Part shown: positions 20,325 to 30,950 of the stretch, one piece after another
Position numbering within the stretch: the first letter of the stretch is position 1
Layout: every line of letters begins with the position of its first letter
NCBI GenBank assembly: GCA_963724765.1
Contig: CAVRVY010000002.1
Location: 128,001 to 192,000 of the forward strand
DNA from: an uncultured delta proteobacterium
GTDB lineage: Bacteria > Desulfobacterota > Binatia > Binatales > Binataceae
DNA: 64,000 nt
Direction of reading: 5' to 3'
Program-made: the position numbers and the translations under genes
The notes under the pieces: model-generated
Told to the model about the DNA's origin: nothing
Seen by the model: the letters and a program-made list of their open reading frames with translations, nothing else
Databases searched by the model: none

Positions 20325-23021
20325 ATGCGCTGGACCACAGACAAAATCCGTCAATCGTTCCTCGATTTCTTCAAGGAACGCGGCCATCAGATCGTGCCCT
20401 CGGCATCGCTGGTGCCCAAGGGAGACCCGACGCTGCTGTTCACCAACGCCGGGATGGTCCCGTTCAAGGATTATTTTCTCGGTATCCGCACGCCCACGGC
20501 GGCACGCGTCGCCGATTGCCAGAAGTGCCTCCGGATTTCCGGCAAGCACAACGACCTCGAAGCGGTCGGCCGCGATTCGTACCATCACACGTTCTTCGAG
20601 ATGCTCGGCAACTGGTCGTTCGGCGACTACTACAAGCGCGAGGCGATCGAATTCCACTGGAAGCTAATCAACGAAGTCTGGGGCATCTCCGCGGACCGTC
20701 TCTGGGCGACCGTCTATAAGGACGACGACGAGGCCGAACAGGCGTGGCTCGAACTGGGATATCTGCCGCGCGACCGCGTCCTGCGCTGTGGCGAGAAGGA
20801 CAATTTCTGGGAGATGGGCGAGACCGGGCCCTGCGGCCCGTGCTCGGAGATTCATATCGATCGCGGCGCGGACGCGTGCGACACGAGCGGTCACGCGAAT
20901 CAGGCCGAGCAATGTGCGGTCAACGTCGAGGGATGTTCGCGGTTTATCGAACTGGCGAATCTCGTGTTCATCCAGTTCAACCGCGATGCGACGAGGAAGC
21001 TCACGCCGCTGCCGATGAAGCACGTCGACACCGGCACCGGGCTCGAGCGCGTCGCCGCGGTATTGCAGAGTCTGGAGACCGGCCGCGTCCTCGGCAATTA
21101 CGACATCGACGTGTTTGCGAAGATCATCAAATCGATTGAAGAGGTCTCATCTGAGGCACGAATAAAGGCTCCCTTGTCCCCGACCCCGACGCCCTCGCAC
21201 TACGGTGACTCGTCTGAAAAGGACATTTCGTTTCGTGCGATCGCTGACCACGCTCGTGCAATTAGCTTCCTGATCGCCGAAGGCCTGAATCCCGGAAACA
21301 CGGACCGGGAGTACGTTCTTCGACGTTTGATCCGAAGGGCTGCGCGTCATGGACGGTACCTCGGAATCAAGAAGCCGTTTCTAGCATGGGTTTGCGAGGG
21401 TGTTCGCGAGGCCATGAGCAGAGCCTACGACGAGCTTAATACCCAAGCCTCCCGCATCCAGAACGTCGTAACCCAGGAAGAGGAGCGCTTCGGCGAAACG
21501 CTAGATCGTGGACTCGAACTCATCGAGACCGAGCGCGCGCGGCTCAAGCAAGCGAATGGCCATATGCTCTCCGGCGAGGTCGCCTTTAAGCTTTACGACA
21601 CGTATGGGTTTCCGCTCGATCTGACACAGGACGTGTTGCGCAACGATGGAATCGAGGTTGATGTCGCGGGCTTCGATCGCCTGATGGAAGAGCAGCGCGA
21701 GCGTGGACGCGCCGCGCGCAAAGACGACACGATTGCCCCCGAAATAGTAAAACTCGGGGCCGGCGCTGCTTCGCGGTTCGTCGGACACCATCGCTACGAC
21801 GCCGAGTCCGAAGTGCTCGCGGCCCATCGCGACGGCGACAACCGCGTCCTCATCGTGACCGCCGAAACGCCCTTCTACCCCGAGGGTGGCGGTCAGATCG
21901 GCGACCGCGGCGTAATCGAATCCGCAACCGGCGCAATCCTCGAGGTCGTCGACACGCGCAAGGCCGACGGCTCGATTCTCCATATCGGTCGGCTGCTGCG
22001 CGGCGAGCCAGGCGATTTCGAGCGCGGGCGGCGCGTCAAGCTGAGCGTCGATCGGGCGCGGCGCGACGCCGCGATGCTCAATCATTCCGCGACGCACATC
22101 CTGCACTACGCGCTGCGTGACGTGCTCGGCACGGGAGTCCATCAGGCGGGTTCGCTGGTCGCCCCCGATCGCCTGCGCTTCGATTTCGCGCACGCCGGAC
22201 CGGTGGGCGAGGGCGATCTCGCGACGATCGAAGAGGAGATCAACGCGCGTATCCGCGAAAACGCCGAGGTCGCGACCGAAGAGATGGCCTACGACGACGC
22301 GATCAAGGCCGGCGCGCTCGCGTTCTTCGGCGACAAGTACGGCGATGTCGTGCGCGTAGTGCGGATGGGCGATTTCTCGGTCGAACTTTGCGGTGGCACT
22401 CACGTCGGACGCACAGGCGATATCGGAGTTTTCAAGTTCGAGGCCGAATCGGGCGTCGCCGCCGGCGTGCGCCGAATCGAAGCCGCGACGGGGCAGGGCG
22501 CGCTGGAGGCGATTCGCCGCCGCGAGCGAATACTCGAGACGATCGGCGGCCATCTGGGGGCCCGCGATGACGCGGCGGTCGAGCGCCTGGAGCGGCTGCT
22601 CGCGCGCGAGAAGGAGCTTGAGAAACAGCTCCGCGCGCTCGAACAGAAGCTGGTCGCGGGCGATGGCGCAACGGGCGGCGCGGATGCCGAGAAGGTCCGC
22701 GAGGCCGGCGGCGTGAAAGTCGTCACGCGGCACGTCGAAGGCGTCGACCCGCGCGCGCTGCGCGAGATGGCCGACCGGATGCGCCAGAAATATGGCTCCG
22801 CGGTGGTGGCGATCGGCTCGGTGGTCGACGGCAAGGTCGCAATCCTGGTCGCGGTCACACCCGACCTGACCGGCCGAATCAAGGCCGGCGATATCGTGAA
22901 GCAGATTGCTCCGATCGTCGGCGGCACGGGCGGCGGACGGCCGGACTTTGCGCAGGCGGGAGGCCGCGACGCCTCGCGGCTCGACGAGGCGCTGGAACGA
23001 GTCACCGCGCTGGTCGCGTGA
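20325..23021 (+). CDS. alaS: Alanine--tRNA ligase
   Basis: DPTLLFTNAGM, HHTFFEMLGN, GPCGPCSEI, DTGTGLER, LYDTYGFP, editing NHSATH...ELCGGTH, C-Ala GGGRPDFAQAGG. Confidence 0.98.
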   Translation: MRWTTDKIRQSFLDFFKERGHQIVPSASLVPKGDPTLLFTNAGMVPFKDYFLGIRTPTAARVADCQKCLRISGKHNDLEAVGRDSYHHTFFEMLGNWSFGDYYKREAIEFHWKLINEVWGISADRLWATVYKDDDEAEQAWLELGYLPRDRVLRCGEKDNFWEMGETGPCGPCSEIHIDRGADACDTSGHANQAEQCAVNVEGCSRFIELANLVFIQFNRDATRKLTPLPMKHVDTGTGLERVAAVLQSLETGRVLGNYDIDVFAKIIKSIEEVSSEARIKAPLSPTPTPSHYGDSSEKDISFRAIADHARAISFLIAEGLNPGNTDREYVLRRLIRRAARHGRYLGIKKPFLAWVCEGVREAMSRAYDELNTQASRIQNVVTQEEERFGETLDRGLELIETERARLKQANGHMLSGEVAFKLYDTYGFPLDLTQDVLRNDGIEVDVAGFDRLMEEQRERGRAARKDDTIAPEIVKLGAGAASRFVGHHRYDAESEVLAAHRDGDNRVLIVTAETPFYPEGGGQIGDRGVIESATGAILEVVDTRKADGSILHIGRLLRGEPGDFERGRRVKLSVDRARRDAAMLNHSATHILHYALRDVLGTGVHQAGSLVAPDRLRFDFAHAGPVGEGDLATIEEEINARIRENAEVATEEMAYDDAIKAGALAFFGDKYGDVVRVVRMGDFSVELCGGTHVGRTGDIGVFKFEAESGVAAGVRRIEAATGQGALEAIRRRERILETIGGHLGARDDAAVERLERLLAREKELEKQLRALEQKLVAGDGATGGADAEKVREAGGVKVVTRHVEGVDPRALREMADRMRQKYGSAVVAIGSVVDGKVAILVAVTPDLTGRIKAGDIVKQIAPIVGGTGGGRPDFAQAGGRDASRLDEALERVTALVA

Positions 23022-23177
23022 CATCCTTAAACCGCGCACGCTTAATTTGCGCGTCACAAAGCCGGGCTTTAAAAGTGAGCGCGAAAAGAGCTACGATCCT
23101 CGCAACGCGGCGGAACATGCGGCTCGATTTCAGGAGTCCGCGTCCCGCGAATAGACGTCACGAGGCTTAGCAACACC

Positions 23178-24194
<1,017 letters not shown>

Positions 24195-24197
24195 GCG

Positions 24198-24857
24198 GTG
24201 GCGGTCGCGCTGCGATGCGAGACCGGCCGCGGGCGGCCGTACGCGGCGCGATTGCGCGCCGACGCGCGCCGCCTGATGGCGCTCGTCGGGCTTGCGGCGT
24301 GCGAGCTTTCGATAGTGCTCGCTGACGACGGCTTCGTTCATGCGCTCAACCGCGAGTTTCGCGGCAAGGATCGGCCAACCGACGTGCTGTCGTTCTCGCA
24401 ACTGGAGGAAATGCTACCCCAGGAAGTGTTTCCCGAGGACGCGCACCCGGGGCAGCGCCGCGCGGCGAAGCCGCGCGGCGCTGCCCCGGGCCTCGCCGCG
24501 GGGCGGCGGCGGCGCGGGGCTCCGCCCGCGACGGCGCCCGGTCTGCTCCCGCAACCGGCACGAGCGTATCCGCTTGTGCCGGCCGCGGGGACGGCGCTCG
24601 GCGACGTCGTGATTTCGCTGGACACCGCGCGCCGTCAGGCGCGACGCCTCGGTGTCGCGCCGGCGGCGCGGATGCGCACGCTGCTGGTGCACGGATTGCT
24701 GCATCTGCTGGGCTACGACCACGAGCGCTCGCCGGCCGAAGCGCGGCGGATGTTCGCGCGCGAGCGCGAACTGGCCGCGGCGCTGCGGCGCGAGAAACCG
24801 CCGACGCCGGCGCGCTCAGCGCGCTCGGCGCGCGGCGATGGAGATGCAAAGCGATGA
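24198..24857 (+). CDS. ybeY: rRNA maturation RNase YbeY with a long internal insertion
   Basis: LNREFRGKDRPTDVLSF, LGDVVIS, HGLLHLLGYDH; position after phoH. Confidence 0.92.
   Translation: MAVALRCETGRGRPYAARLRADARRLMALVGLAACELSIVLADDGFVHALNREFRGKDRPTDVLSFSQLEEMLPQEVFPEDAHPGQRRAAKPRGAAPGLAAGRRRRGAPPATAPGLLPQPARAYPLVPAAGTALGDVVISLDTARRQARRLGVAPAARMRTLLVHGLLHLLGYDHERSPAEARRMFARERELAAALRREKPPTPARSARSARGDGDAKR
24446..24490. repeat. Perfect 21-bp inverted repeat with GAA loop inside ybeY
   Basis: CCCGGGGCAGCGCCGCGCGGC-GAA-GCCGCGCGGCGCTGCCCCGGG. Confidence 0.95.
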
Positions 24858-25405
24858 CCGCGCAGCGCCTGAAAATGCCGACGGCCGCGATGCTCACGCA
24901 TTTCACGCGCGCCGGAAAAACGGCGTCCGCGCTCGACAACCTGGTTACGATCCTGCGCGAGGGAACCATCCGGGGGTCGGCCCGGATGGTGCGCGAGGGG
25001 CGCGCCGTCGTTTGCCTGTTCGACGTACCGGTCCGCGATTTGCGGGTTGTGCTTGACCGGCGCAACCGGCGTCGCTATGAGCCTTTCGGGATCGCTATTG
25101 AGAAACGGTATGCTTTCCGGATGGGAGCGCGGCCGGTCATCTATATGCCGTGGCCGGAGGCCGAAAGTTTGCTCGCGCCGGGTGAGCGATGGCGTGTGGT
25201 GGCGCTTGAACTTGAGCGGGATGAACCGATCGATTGGAGCTATGAGCGCGAGTGGCGGCTTGCAGGCGACCTCGCTTTGCCGGTCGGCCGCGCGGTTGCG
25301 CTGGTCGAGAGCTGGCGCGACGCCGACGAAATCTATGATCGCTTCCAGGGCCAGCCGCCATGCGCAGGAGTGATACCGCTTCGCGAGCTGTTTGGGACGT
25401 CTTGA
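24854..25405 (+). CDS. AbiGi-like / ADP-ribosyltransferase-fold-like protein
   Basis: LTHFT...NLVTILREG...VCLFDVP...YEPFGIAIEK...GARPVIY...WSYEREWR motif order matches AbiGi (PF10899-like) proteins; ATGA overlap with ybeY. Confidence 0.6.
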   Translation: MTAQRLKMPTAAMLTHFTRAGKTASALDNLVTILREGTIRGSARMVREGRAVVCLFDVPVRDLRVVLDRRNRRRYEPFGIAIEKRYAFRMGARPVIYMPWPEAESLLAPGERWRVVALELERDEPIDWSYEREWRLAGDLALPVGRAVALVESWRDADEIYDRFQGQPPCAGVIPLRELFGTS

Positions 25406-27024
25406 ACGGCCCGCTCAACACTTTGACCCGACTTGCACTGTGCGTCATCAGTGGCGTCGCGCTGGGCGTCGCTTTTCCCAAGTTCGACATCAACCTGCTC
25501 GCATGGATCGCCTTCGTCCCGCTGCTCCAGGCCATTGAGGGCGAGAGCATGGGCCGGGTATTCGGCTACGCCTGGTTCCAGGGATTGGTGTGCTTCGTGG
25601 TGTCGCTTTACTGGATCGAGTTCACGCTGCATCATTTTGCCGGCGTCAATCCCATCCTGGCCTCAGGCCCGCTGTTGCTGCTGGCGGCGATTATGGCGCT
25701 GTTTTCGGGGCTTGCGATTTGGGCCGCTCAGTTTGCAACCGTGCGCCTGGGCCTGCCGATCTTCGTCACGTTGCCGATCGCGTGGCCGGCGGTGGAGTGG
25801 CTGCGCAGTTTTTTCCCGATCGGATTTCCATGGAACTTGGTCGGCTACACGGCCTACCGCAACCTCGGACTGATCCAGTTCGCCGAGATAACCGGCGTAT
25901 ACGGTGTCTCGGCGCTGATCGTTTTCTTCAACGCGGTGGTCTTTGTGGTGCTGTTCGGGCGTCATTCACGCCGCGTTCAGACCTGGAGCCTCGGCACGCT
26001 GACGGCCCTGATGCTAGCGGCGCTGGTTTTTGGGACCATTCGGATGAACGCGTTGGAGTCGCAGCCGCCGGCCGGGCGGATGCGGGTCGCGATGGTGCAG
26101 GGCAACATCCCGCAGAGCATCAAGTGGGATCCGGCGTTTCTCGACAGCAGCTTCAGCGTTTACGTCGACCAGACCCAGCAGGCCGCGCGTCATCACGTCG
26201 ACCTGGTAATATGGCCCGAGGCAGCGGCGGCGTTTTTCTTTCAGCCCACGGCGCTCTATCCGCCACGTTTCGCCGGCGACGCGGTTTACCGCGACCGCCT
26301 GCTCAAGCTCGCGGCCGACATTGGCGATCCAATCCTATTCGGCGCGCCGGCGCTCGGCGTCGCCGCCGACGGCCTAGTCGGCATGTACAACCGCGCCTAT
26401 CTGGTCTCGAGCGCGGGCAAGGTGGTCGACTACTACGATAAGATCCAGCTGGTGCCGTTCGGCGAGTACGTGCCGATGCGTCCGCTGTTGGGCCACCTCG
26501 TCAACCGCATCGTCCACGGCTTCGGCGACATGATTGCGGGAACCGCGCAGACGCTGTTTCCGGTCGAGGGTGCGCAGCTCGGCGTGCTGATTTGCTACGA
26601 GAGCATTTTTCCAGATCTCACCCGGCGCGCCGTCAAGCGCGGCGCCGACGTACTGGTCAACATCACCAACAACGCGTGGTATGGCGAGAGTTCGGCGCCA
26701 GACCAGTTGCTCGCGATGACGGCGATGCGCGCGGTGGAGACCAAAGTTCCGATGGTGCGAGTGGCCAATACCGGGATAAGCGCGGTGATCGAAGCCGACG
26801 GCAAGATCACGGCGAGCACGCCGCTGTTCAGGCGCGGCACCGAGATCGAGGACGTGAGCTGGCGTCCGCGGCGCACGGTCTACACGATGGTGGGCGATCT
26901 GTTCTCGGAGATTTGCTTCGTGCTGACGCTCGTCGGGGTGCTGCTCGCGATCCTGCGCGGCCGCGGCGCACGAACGCTACCGTCGCCGGTCGCTGGGACG
27001 CTCAACCGCAACGGAAGCAGTTGA
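25402..27024 (+). CDS. lnt: Apolipoprotein N-acyltransferase
   Basis: GFPW, VQGNI, catalytic WPE / YDKIQLVPFGEY / ICYE, RVANTGIS; TTG start overlaps the upstream TGA. Confidence 0.95.
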   Translation: MNGPLNTLTRLALCVISGVALGVAFPKFDINLLAWIAFVPLLQAIEGESMGRVFGYAWFQGLVCFVVSLYWIEFTLHHFAGVNPILASGPLLLLAAIMALFSGLAIWAAQFATVRLGLPIFVTLPIAWPAVEWLRSFFPIGFPWNLVGYTAYRNLGLIQFAEITGVYGVSALIVFFNAVVFVVLFGRHSRRVQTWSLGTLTALMLAALVFGTIRMNALESQPPAGRMRVAMVQGNIPQSIKWDPAFLDSSFSVYVDQTQQAARHHVDLVIWPEAAAAFFFQPTALYPPRFAGDAVYRDRLLKLAADIGDPILFGAPALGVAADGLVGMYNRAYLVSSAGKVVDYYDKIQLVPFGEYVPMRPLLGHLVNRIVHGFGDMIAGTAQTLFPVEGAQLGVLICYESIFPDLTRRAVKRGADVLVNITNNAWYGESSAPDQLLAMTAMRAVETKVPMVRVANTGISAVIEADGKITASTPLFRRGTEIEDVSWRPRRTVYTMVGDLFSEICFVLTLVGVLLAILRGRGARTLPSPVAGTLNRNGSS

Positions 27025-27165
27025 CGAGGCCGGCGCTGGAGCTTCGCTCCAGGGGATTCAGTTTTCTCACACATAGATTCAAAAACGCGGAGCGATCAAT
27101 CCCTGCGATGGGACCAACCGCTCCGCGCTCGACCGTTCCAGATACGCCGAGCCTCACGCGAATGT

Positions 27166-27717
27166 CTAATACATGGAACTTGACGGGCAGCGCCTGTCGT
27201 CGTCCCACGCGTAGATATAGCGCTTGTCGTCGTCCTTTCTATAGTAACGACACCGGTGAGATGGGGGCCCGTCGTCGCGCTTGAGTCCCTCAGCCGCCTC
27301 GTATATTGGCGAGTCTGACGGGGCGATGGAAGAGTTGCCGCCTGTTACCAGAGGATTCCCGCTGGTCCCTACCGGACTGGCGACGGCCACCGGCGGAGAG
27401 CCAGGCGACATCCCCCAGCTAACGCTGAGACCACGGTCTCCGACATACGATACCACCGACGAACCGTTCGAGCTTATCGTATAGATGCCGGCCCGCAGAT
27501 TGTGGATGGCGTATGCGCCGGTTGTGTCAGTCACAGTTTGGGCGACAGTGGAGCCTGCCGAGTCGAGGACCGAAATATGAACGCCGGATGCCACTTGTCC
27601 GGAATCGTTCGAGATCTTTCCGACGAGATCAGCGCAAAGGGCCCAAGGTGCGCTGGCTATGAGCAACGACGCTGCGATTGATAGGGTTACAAAGGTTACA
27701 AGTGACTTCCTGGTCAT
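27166..27717 (-). CDS. Secreted carboxypeptidase-regulatory-like (Cna-B/transthyretin-like) domain protein
   Basis: Signal peptide, GKISNDSGQVASGVHISV...TVTDTTGAYAIHNLRAGIYTI; strong SD; lower GC. Confidence 0.65.
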   Translation of the reverse strand: MTRKSLVTFVTLSIAASLLIASAPWALCADLVGKISNDSGQVASGVHISVLDSAGSTVAQTVTDTTGAYAIHNLRAGIYTISSNGSSVVSYVGDRGLSVSWGMSPGSPPVAVASPVGTSGNPLVTGGNSSIAPSDSPIYEAAEGLKRDDGPPSHRCRYYRKDDDKRYIYAWDDDRRCPSSSMY

Positions 27718-28054
27718 GAATTCCCTCCCCCCTTCGGTCCCAAAGCATATGGTGTGCCGGTCCGTGTAATAACTCCAATCTACTAATCGTGCGCCAAAGC
27801 TTTCACGGACCCAGTCGCCGTTGCGCGTGCGCAACAAAGAGGGCCCGTCCATTATTCCAGGTCCGGCGCTGCCTCAGCATTGCGGATACTGCATCTGATC
27901 CGCGCGGCGGACTTTGTCCACGAGGGGGCGTGGCCCGGCTCGTGACGAGGCTCATCGCGGTGTGAGACTCCGCGCCATTAAGTCGGGGCGGCCCATGTGT
28001 CATGATAAAGGGCTGACGATTGGAGCGGACAACCGCACGGAGTGAAACGAACGC

Positions 28055-29186
28055 ATGGAACTCAGCGAAATGCGCGACCAGGTAGCCGACTTCGAAACCC
28101 GCACCGACAAGCTCGGGAGGCGTCTTTGACGTCGCTCGCCTCAAAGCCCGCCACCAAGAACTGCTGAAAGAGACCGGCAAGCCGGGCTTTTGGGATCGGC
28201 CCGATACCGCCCAGGCCACGCTCAAGGAAAACGACCGTATCAACGAACAGCTCGCGGGCTTCGAGCGGCTGCGCGCGGCGCTCGACGAGGCGCGGCTGTT
28301 CCTCTCGATGGCCGAGGAAGAGGGACGCGACGACTCCGAGGCGGCGCGCGAGACTGAAACGGCGCTAAGCAAGACGCGCGGCGAAATCGAGCGTCAGGAA
28401 CTGCAGGTGATGCTCGGCGGCGAGTACGACCGGCTCGGCGCGATCGTTTCGATCCATCCGGGCGCCGGCGGTTTGGAGGCTCAGGACTGGGCCGAGATGC
28501 TGCTCAGGCTATATCTGCGATGGGCCGAGCGGCGCGGCTATAAAACCGATCTCGCCGACCTGCAACCGGGCGATGGCGGCGGAATCAAGAGCGCGACCTT
28601 CACCGTCGAGGGCGACTACGCCTACGGCTACCTCAAGGCCGAGGCCGGGATCCATCGCCTGGTGCGCATTTCGCCCTTTGACGCCAACGCGCGCCGTCAT
28701 ACTTCGTTTGCCTCGGTTTTCGTTTTTCCGGCGATCGACGACAAGGTCGAGGTGATAATCAATCCCGCCGATCTGCGCGTCGATACTTTCCGCGCGAGCG
28801 GCGCTGGCGGCCAGCACGTCAACAAGACCGACTCGGCCGTGCGGATGACCCATCTGCCGACCGGAATCGTGGTGAGCTGCCAGAACGAACGCTCGCAGCA
28901 CAAGAACCGCGCGATGGCGATGAAGATTCTGCGCGCGCGTCTGTTCGAGCTCGAAGAGCGCAAGAAGCGCGAGCAGTTCGAGCAGTTCACCAAGGACAGA
29001 AAGGACATCACCTGGGGCAGCCAGATTCGCTCCTACGTCCTGCAGCCGTATCGCATGGTGAAGGACCATCGCACCGGCATCGAGATTGGCAACACCGACG
29101 CCGTGCTCGACGGCGCGATCGATCCGTTTATCGAGGCCTACCTGATGGGCGTGCGAAAGTCGGGCGCCGAGGTGGCCCCGGCCTGA
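28055..29186 (+). CDS. prfB: Peptide chain release factor 2, +1 programmed frameshift at CTT TGA C (28124-28130)
   Basis: MELSEMRDQVADFETRTDKLGRRL-CTT TGA C with internal SD GGGAGG (28115-28120); SPF and GGQ motifs downstream. Confidence 0.97.
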
Positions 29187-29294
29187 CCGCGCGATTGCAG
29201 GGCGCGCCCGCGAGGGCGCAAAGTAAAATGGTGCGTGCTTCACGCCGCATCCAACCGCAAGCAGCATCAAGGAGATGCCACTCAAGGAGATCCC

Positions 29295-29987
29295 ATGATC
29301 GACGTTTATTTCTGGATGACCCCCAACGGCTACAAAGTCACGATCGCACTGGAGGAGTTGGGGATGCCCTACAATGTGATCCCGATTAATATCGGCAAGG
29401 GCGATCAGTTCAAGCCCGAGTTTCTCAAGGTCAGTCCCAACAATAAGATTCCCGCAATGGTTGATCCCGACGGTCCTGGCGGCAAGCCAATCTCGATTTT
29501 CGAGTCGGGCGCGATCCTGATTTATCTCGCCGAGAAAAGCGGGAAGCTGATGCCGAAGGAGCCGCGCGGGCGCTACAACGTGCTCGAGTGGCTGATGTTC
29601 CAGATGGCGAGCGTCGGCCCGATGCTCGGCCAGGCACATCACTTCCGGCGCTACGCGCCCGATCAGATCCAGTACGCGATCGATCGCTACACCAACGAGG
29701 CCAAGCGCATCTACAACGTGATCGACAAGCGCCTGTCCGAAGCGCCGTACCTCGCCGGCGACTACTCGATCGCCGACATTGCGACCTACCCATGGCTGCG
29801 GCCGCATAAATGGCAGGGACAGGAGCTCGAGGACTTCCCGCATCTCAAGCGCTGGTACGACGAGCTCGAAAAGCGCGCCGCGGTGCAGAAAGGATGCGCG
29901 GTCATGGCCGAGCATCTGCATCACGGGCCGCCCGACAAGCAGTCGTGGCAAACGCTGTTCGGCCCCAAGCAATACGAGAAGCGCTAG
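29295..29987 (+). CDS. Glutathione S-transferase, YfcG/YghU-like (Nu class)
   Basis: TPNGYK, SPNNKIPA, IFESGAILIYLAEK, GPMLGQAHHF; AAGGAG SD. Confidence 0.9.
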   Translation: MIDVYFWMTPNGYKVTIALEELGMPYNVIPINIGKGDQFKPEFLKVSPNNKIPAMVDPDGPGGKPISIFESGAILIYLAEKSGKLMPKEPRGRYNVLEWLMFQMASVGPMLGQAHHFRRYAPDQIQYAIDRYTNEAKRIYNVIDKRLSEAPYLAGDYSIADIATYPWLRPHKWQGQELEDFPHLKRWYDELEKRAAVQKGCAVMAEHLHHGPPDKQSWQTLFGPKQYEKR

Positions 29988-30019
29988 GACGAAGCGGTTG
30001 CGGCGCGTGTCGCGGACGC

Positions 30020-30940
30020 TCAGCCGCGATGCGCGTCGAGCAGCTTCAGGAGCGCGTGCACGGTCTCGGTGGCCGGCACGCTAAGCTCGTGGCGGCGCGC
30101 GGCGCGCACCACGGCGCCGCTTATCGCGTCGTACTCCAGGCGCTTGCCGCGCTCGAGATCCTGTAGCGTCGAAGTTTTGATCGCGCTCGCATTGGAGAAG
30201 CCGCGGGCGACGTTGTAGAGCGCCTCGACGTCCTCGTCGGATATGTTCGCACCCTCGGCGCGTCCCACCATCGCGGTCTCGTTGATCAGACGATGCACCA
30301 GCGCGTCGCTTTCGGGGTCGGCGAACATTTCGCCGAGCGTGCAGCGCGCGAGCGCGCTCACCGTGTTGGTGCCGTTGTTGCCCATCAGTTTTTTCCAGCG
30401 CACGCTCTTGAGATCGCGGGTGAACTGGCCAAAAACTCCGGCGCGCTTGAAAGCCTGGGCCATCCGCTGCGCGCGCGGTGTGTCGCTTCCGTCGAGCTCG
30501 CCGAATTCGATTATGCCCGATGCGGTATGGAGCAGCTTGCCGGGCGCGGTCAGTTCGGCGCCCACGCGCGCATTGCCGCCCATCACCGATTCGCGCGGCA
30601 GCACCGTGCAGAGCGCCTCTTCATTCTCGACCCCGTTCTGAATCGTCATCACGGCGCCGCCCTCGCTAAGGCATCCGTCGAGCAGGCGCGCCGTGGCGAT
30701 CGTGTCGTATGACTTGACGCAGAACAGGATTAGCTCGTAGGGCGCGAACTCGCGCGGGTTGCCGGTCGCCTTGACCTGCAAGCTGAAATCGCCCTGGAAG
30801 CTCTTCACTTCGAGCCCATGTTCGCGCAGCACGCGCAGGTTTTCGCTGCGCGCACAGTAGTAGACGTCCTCGCCGGCCCGTTGCAGGCGCGCTCCATAGA
30901 ACAGCCCGACTGCGCCTGCTCCCATGACCAGAATTTTCAT
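30020..30940 (-). CDS. panE: 2-dehydropantoate 2-reductase
   Basis: MGAGAVG, CVKSYD, IQNGV, WKKL, STLQDLERGKRLEYDAISG. Confidence 0.9.
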   Translation of the reverse strand: MKILVMGAGAVGLFYGARLQRAGEDVYYCARSENLRVLREHGLEVKSFQGDFSLQVKATGNPREFAPYELILFCVKSYDTIATARLLDGCLSEGGAVMTIQNGVENEEALCTVLPRESVMGGNARVGAELTAPGKLLHTASGIIEFGELDGSDTPRAQRMAQAFKRAGVFGQFTRDLKSVRWKKLMGNNGTNTVSALARCTLGEMFADPESDALVHRLINETAMVGRAEGANISDEDVEALYNVARGFSNASAIKTSTLQDLERGKRLEYDAISGAVVRAARRHELSVPATETVHALLKLLDAHRG

Positions 30941-30950
30941 CGCTATCCCC

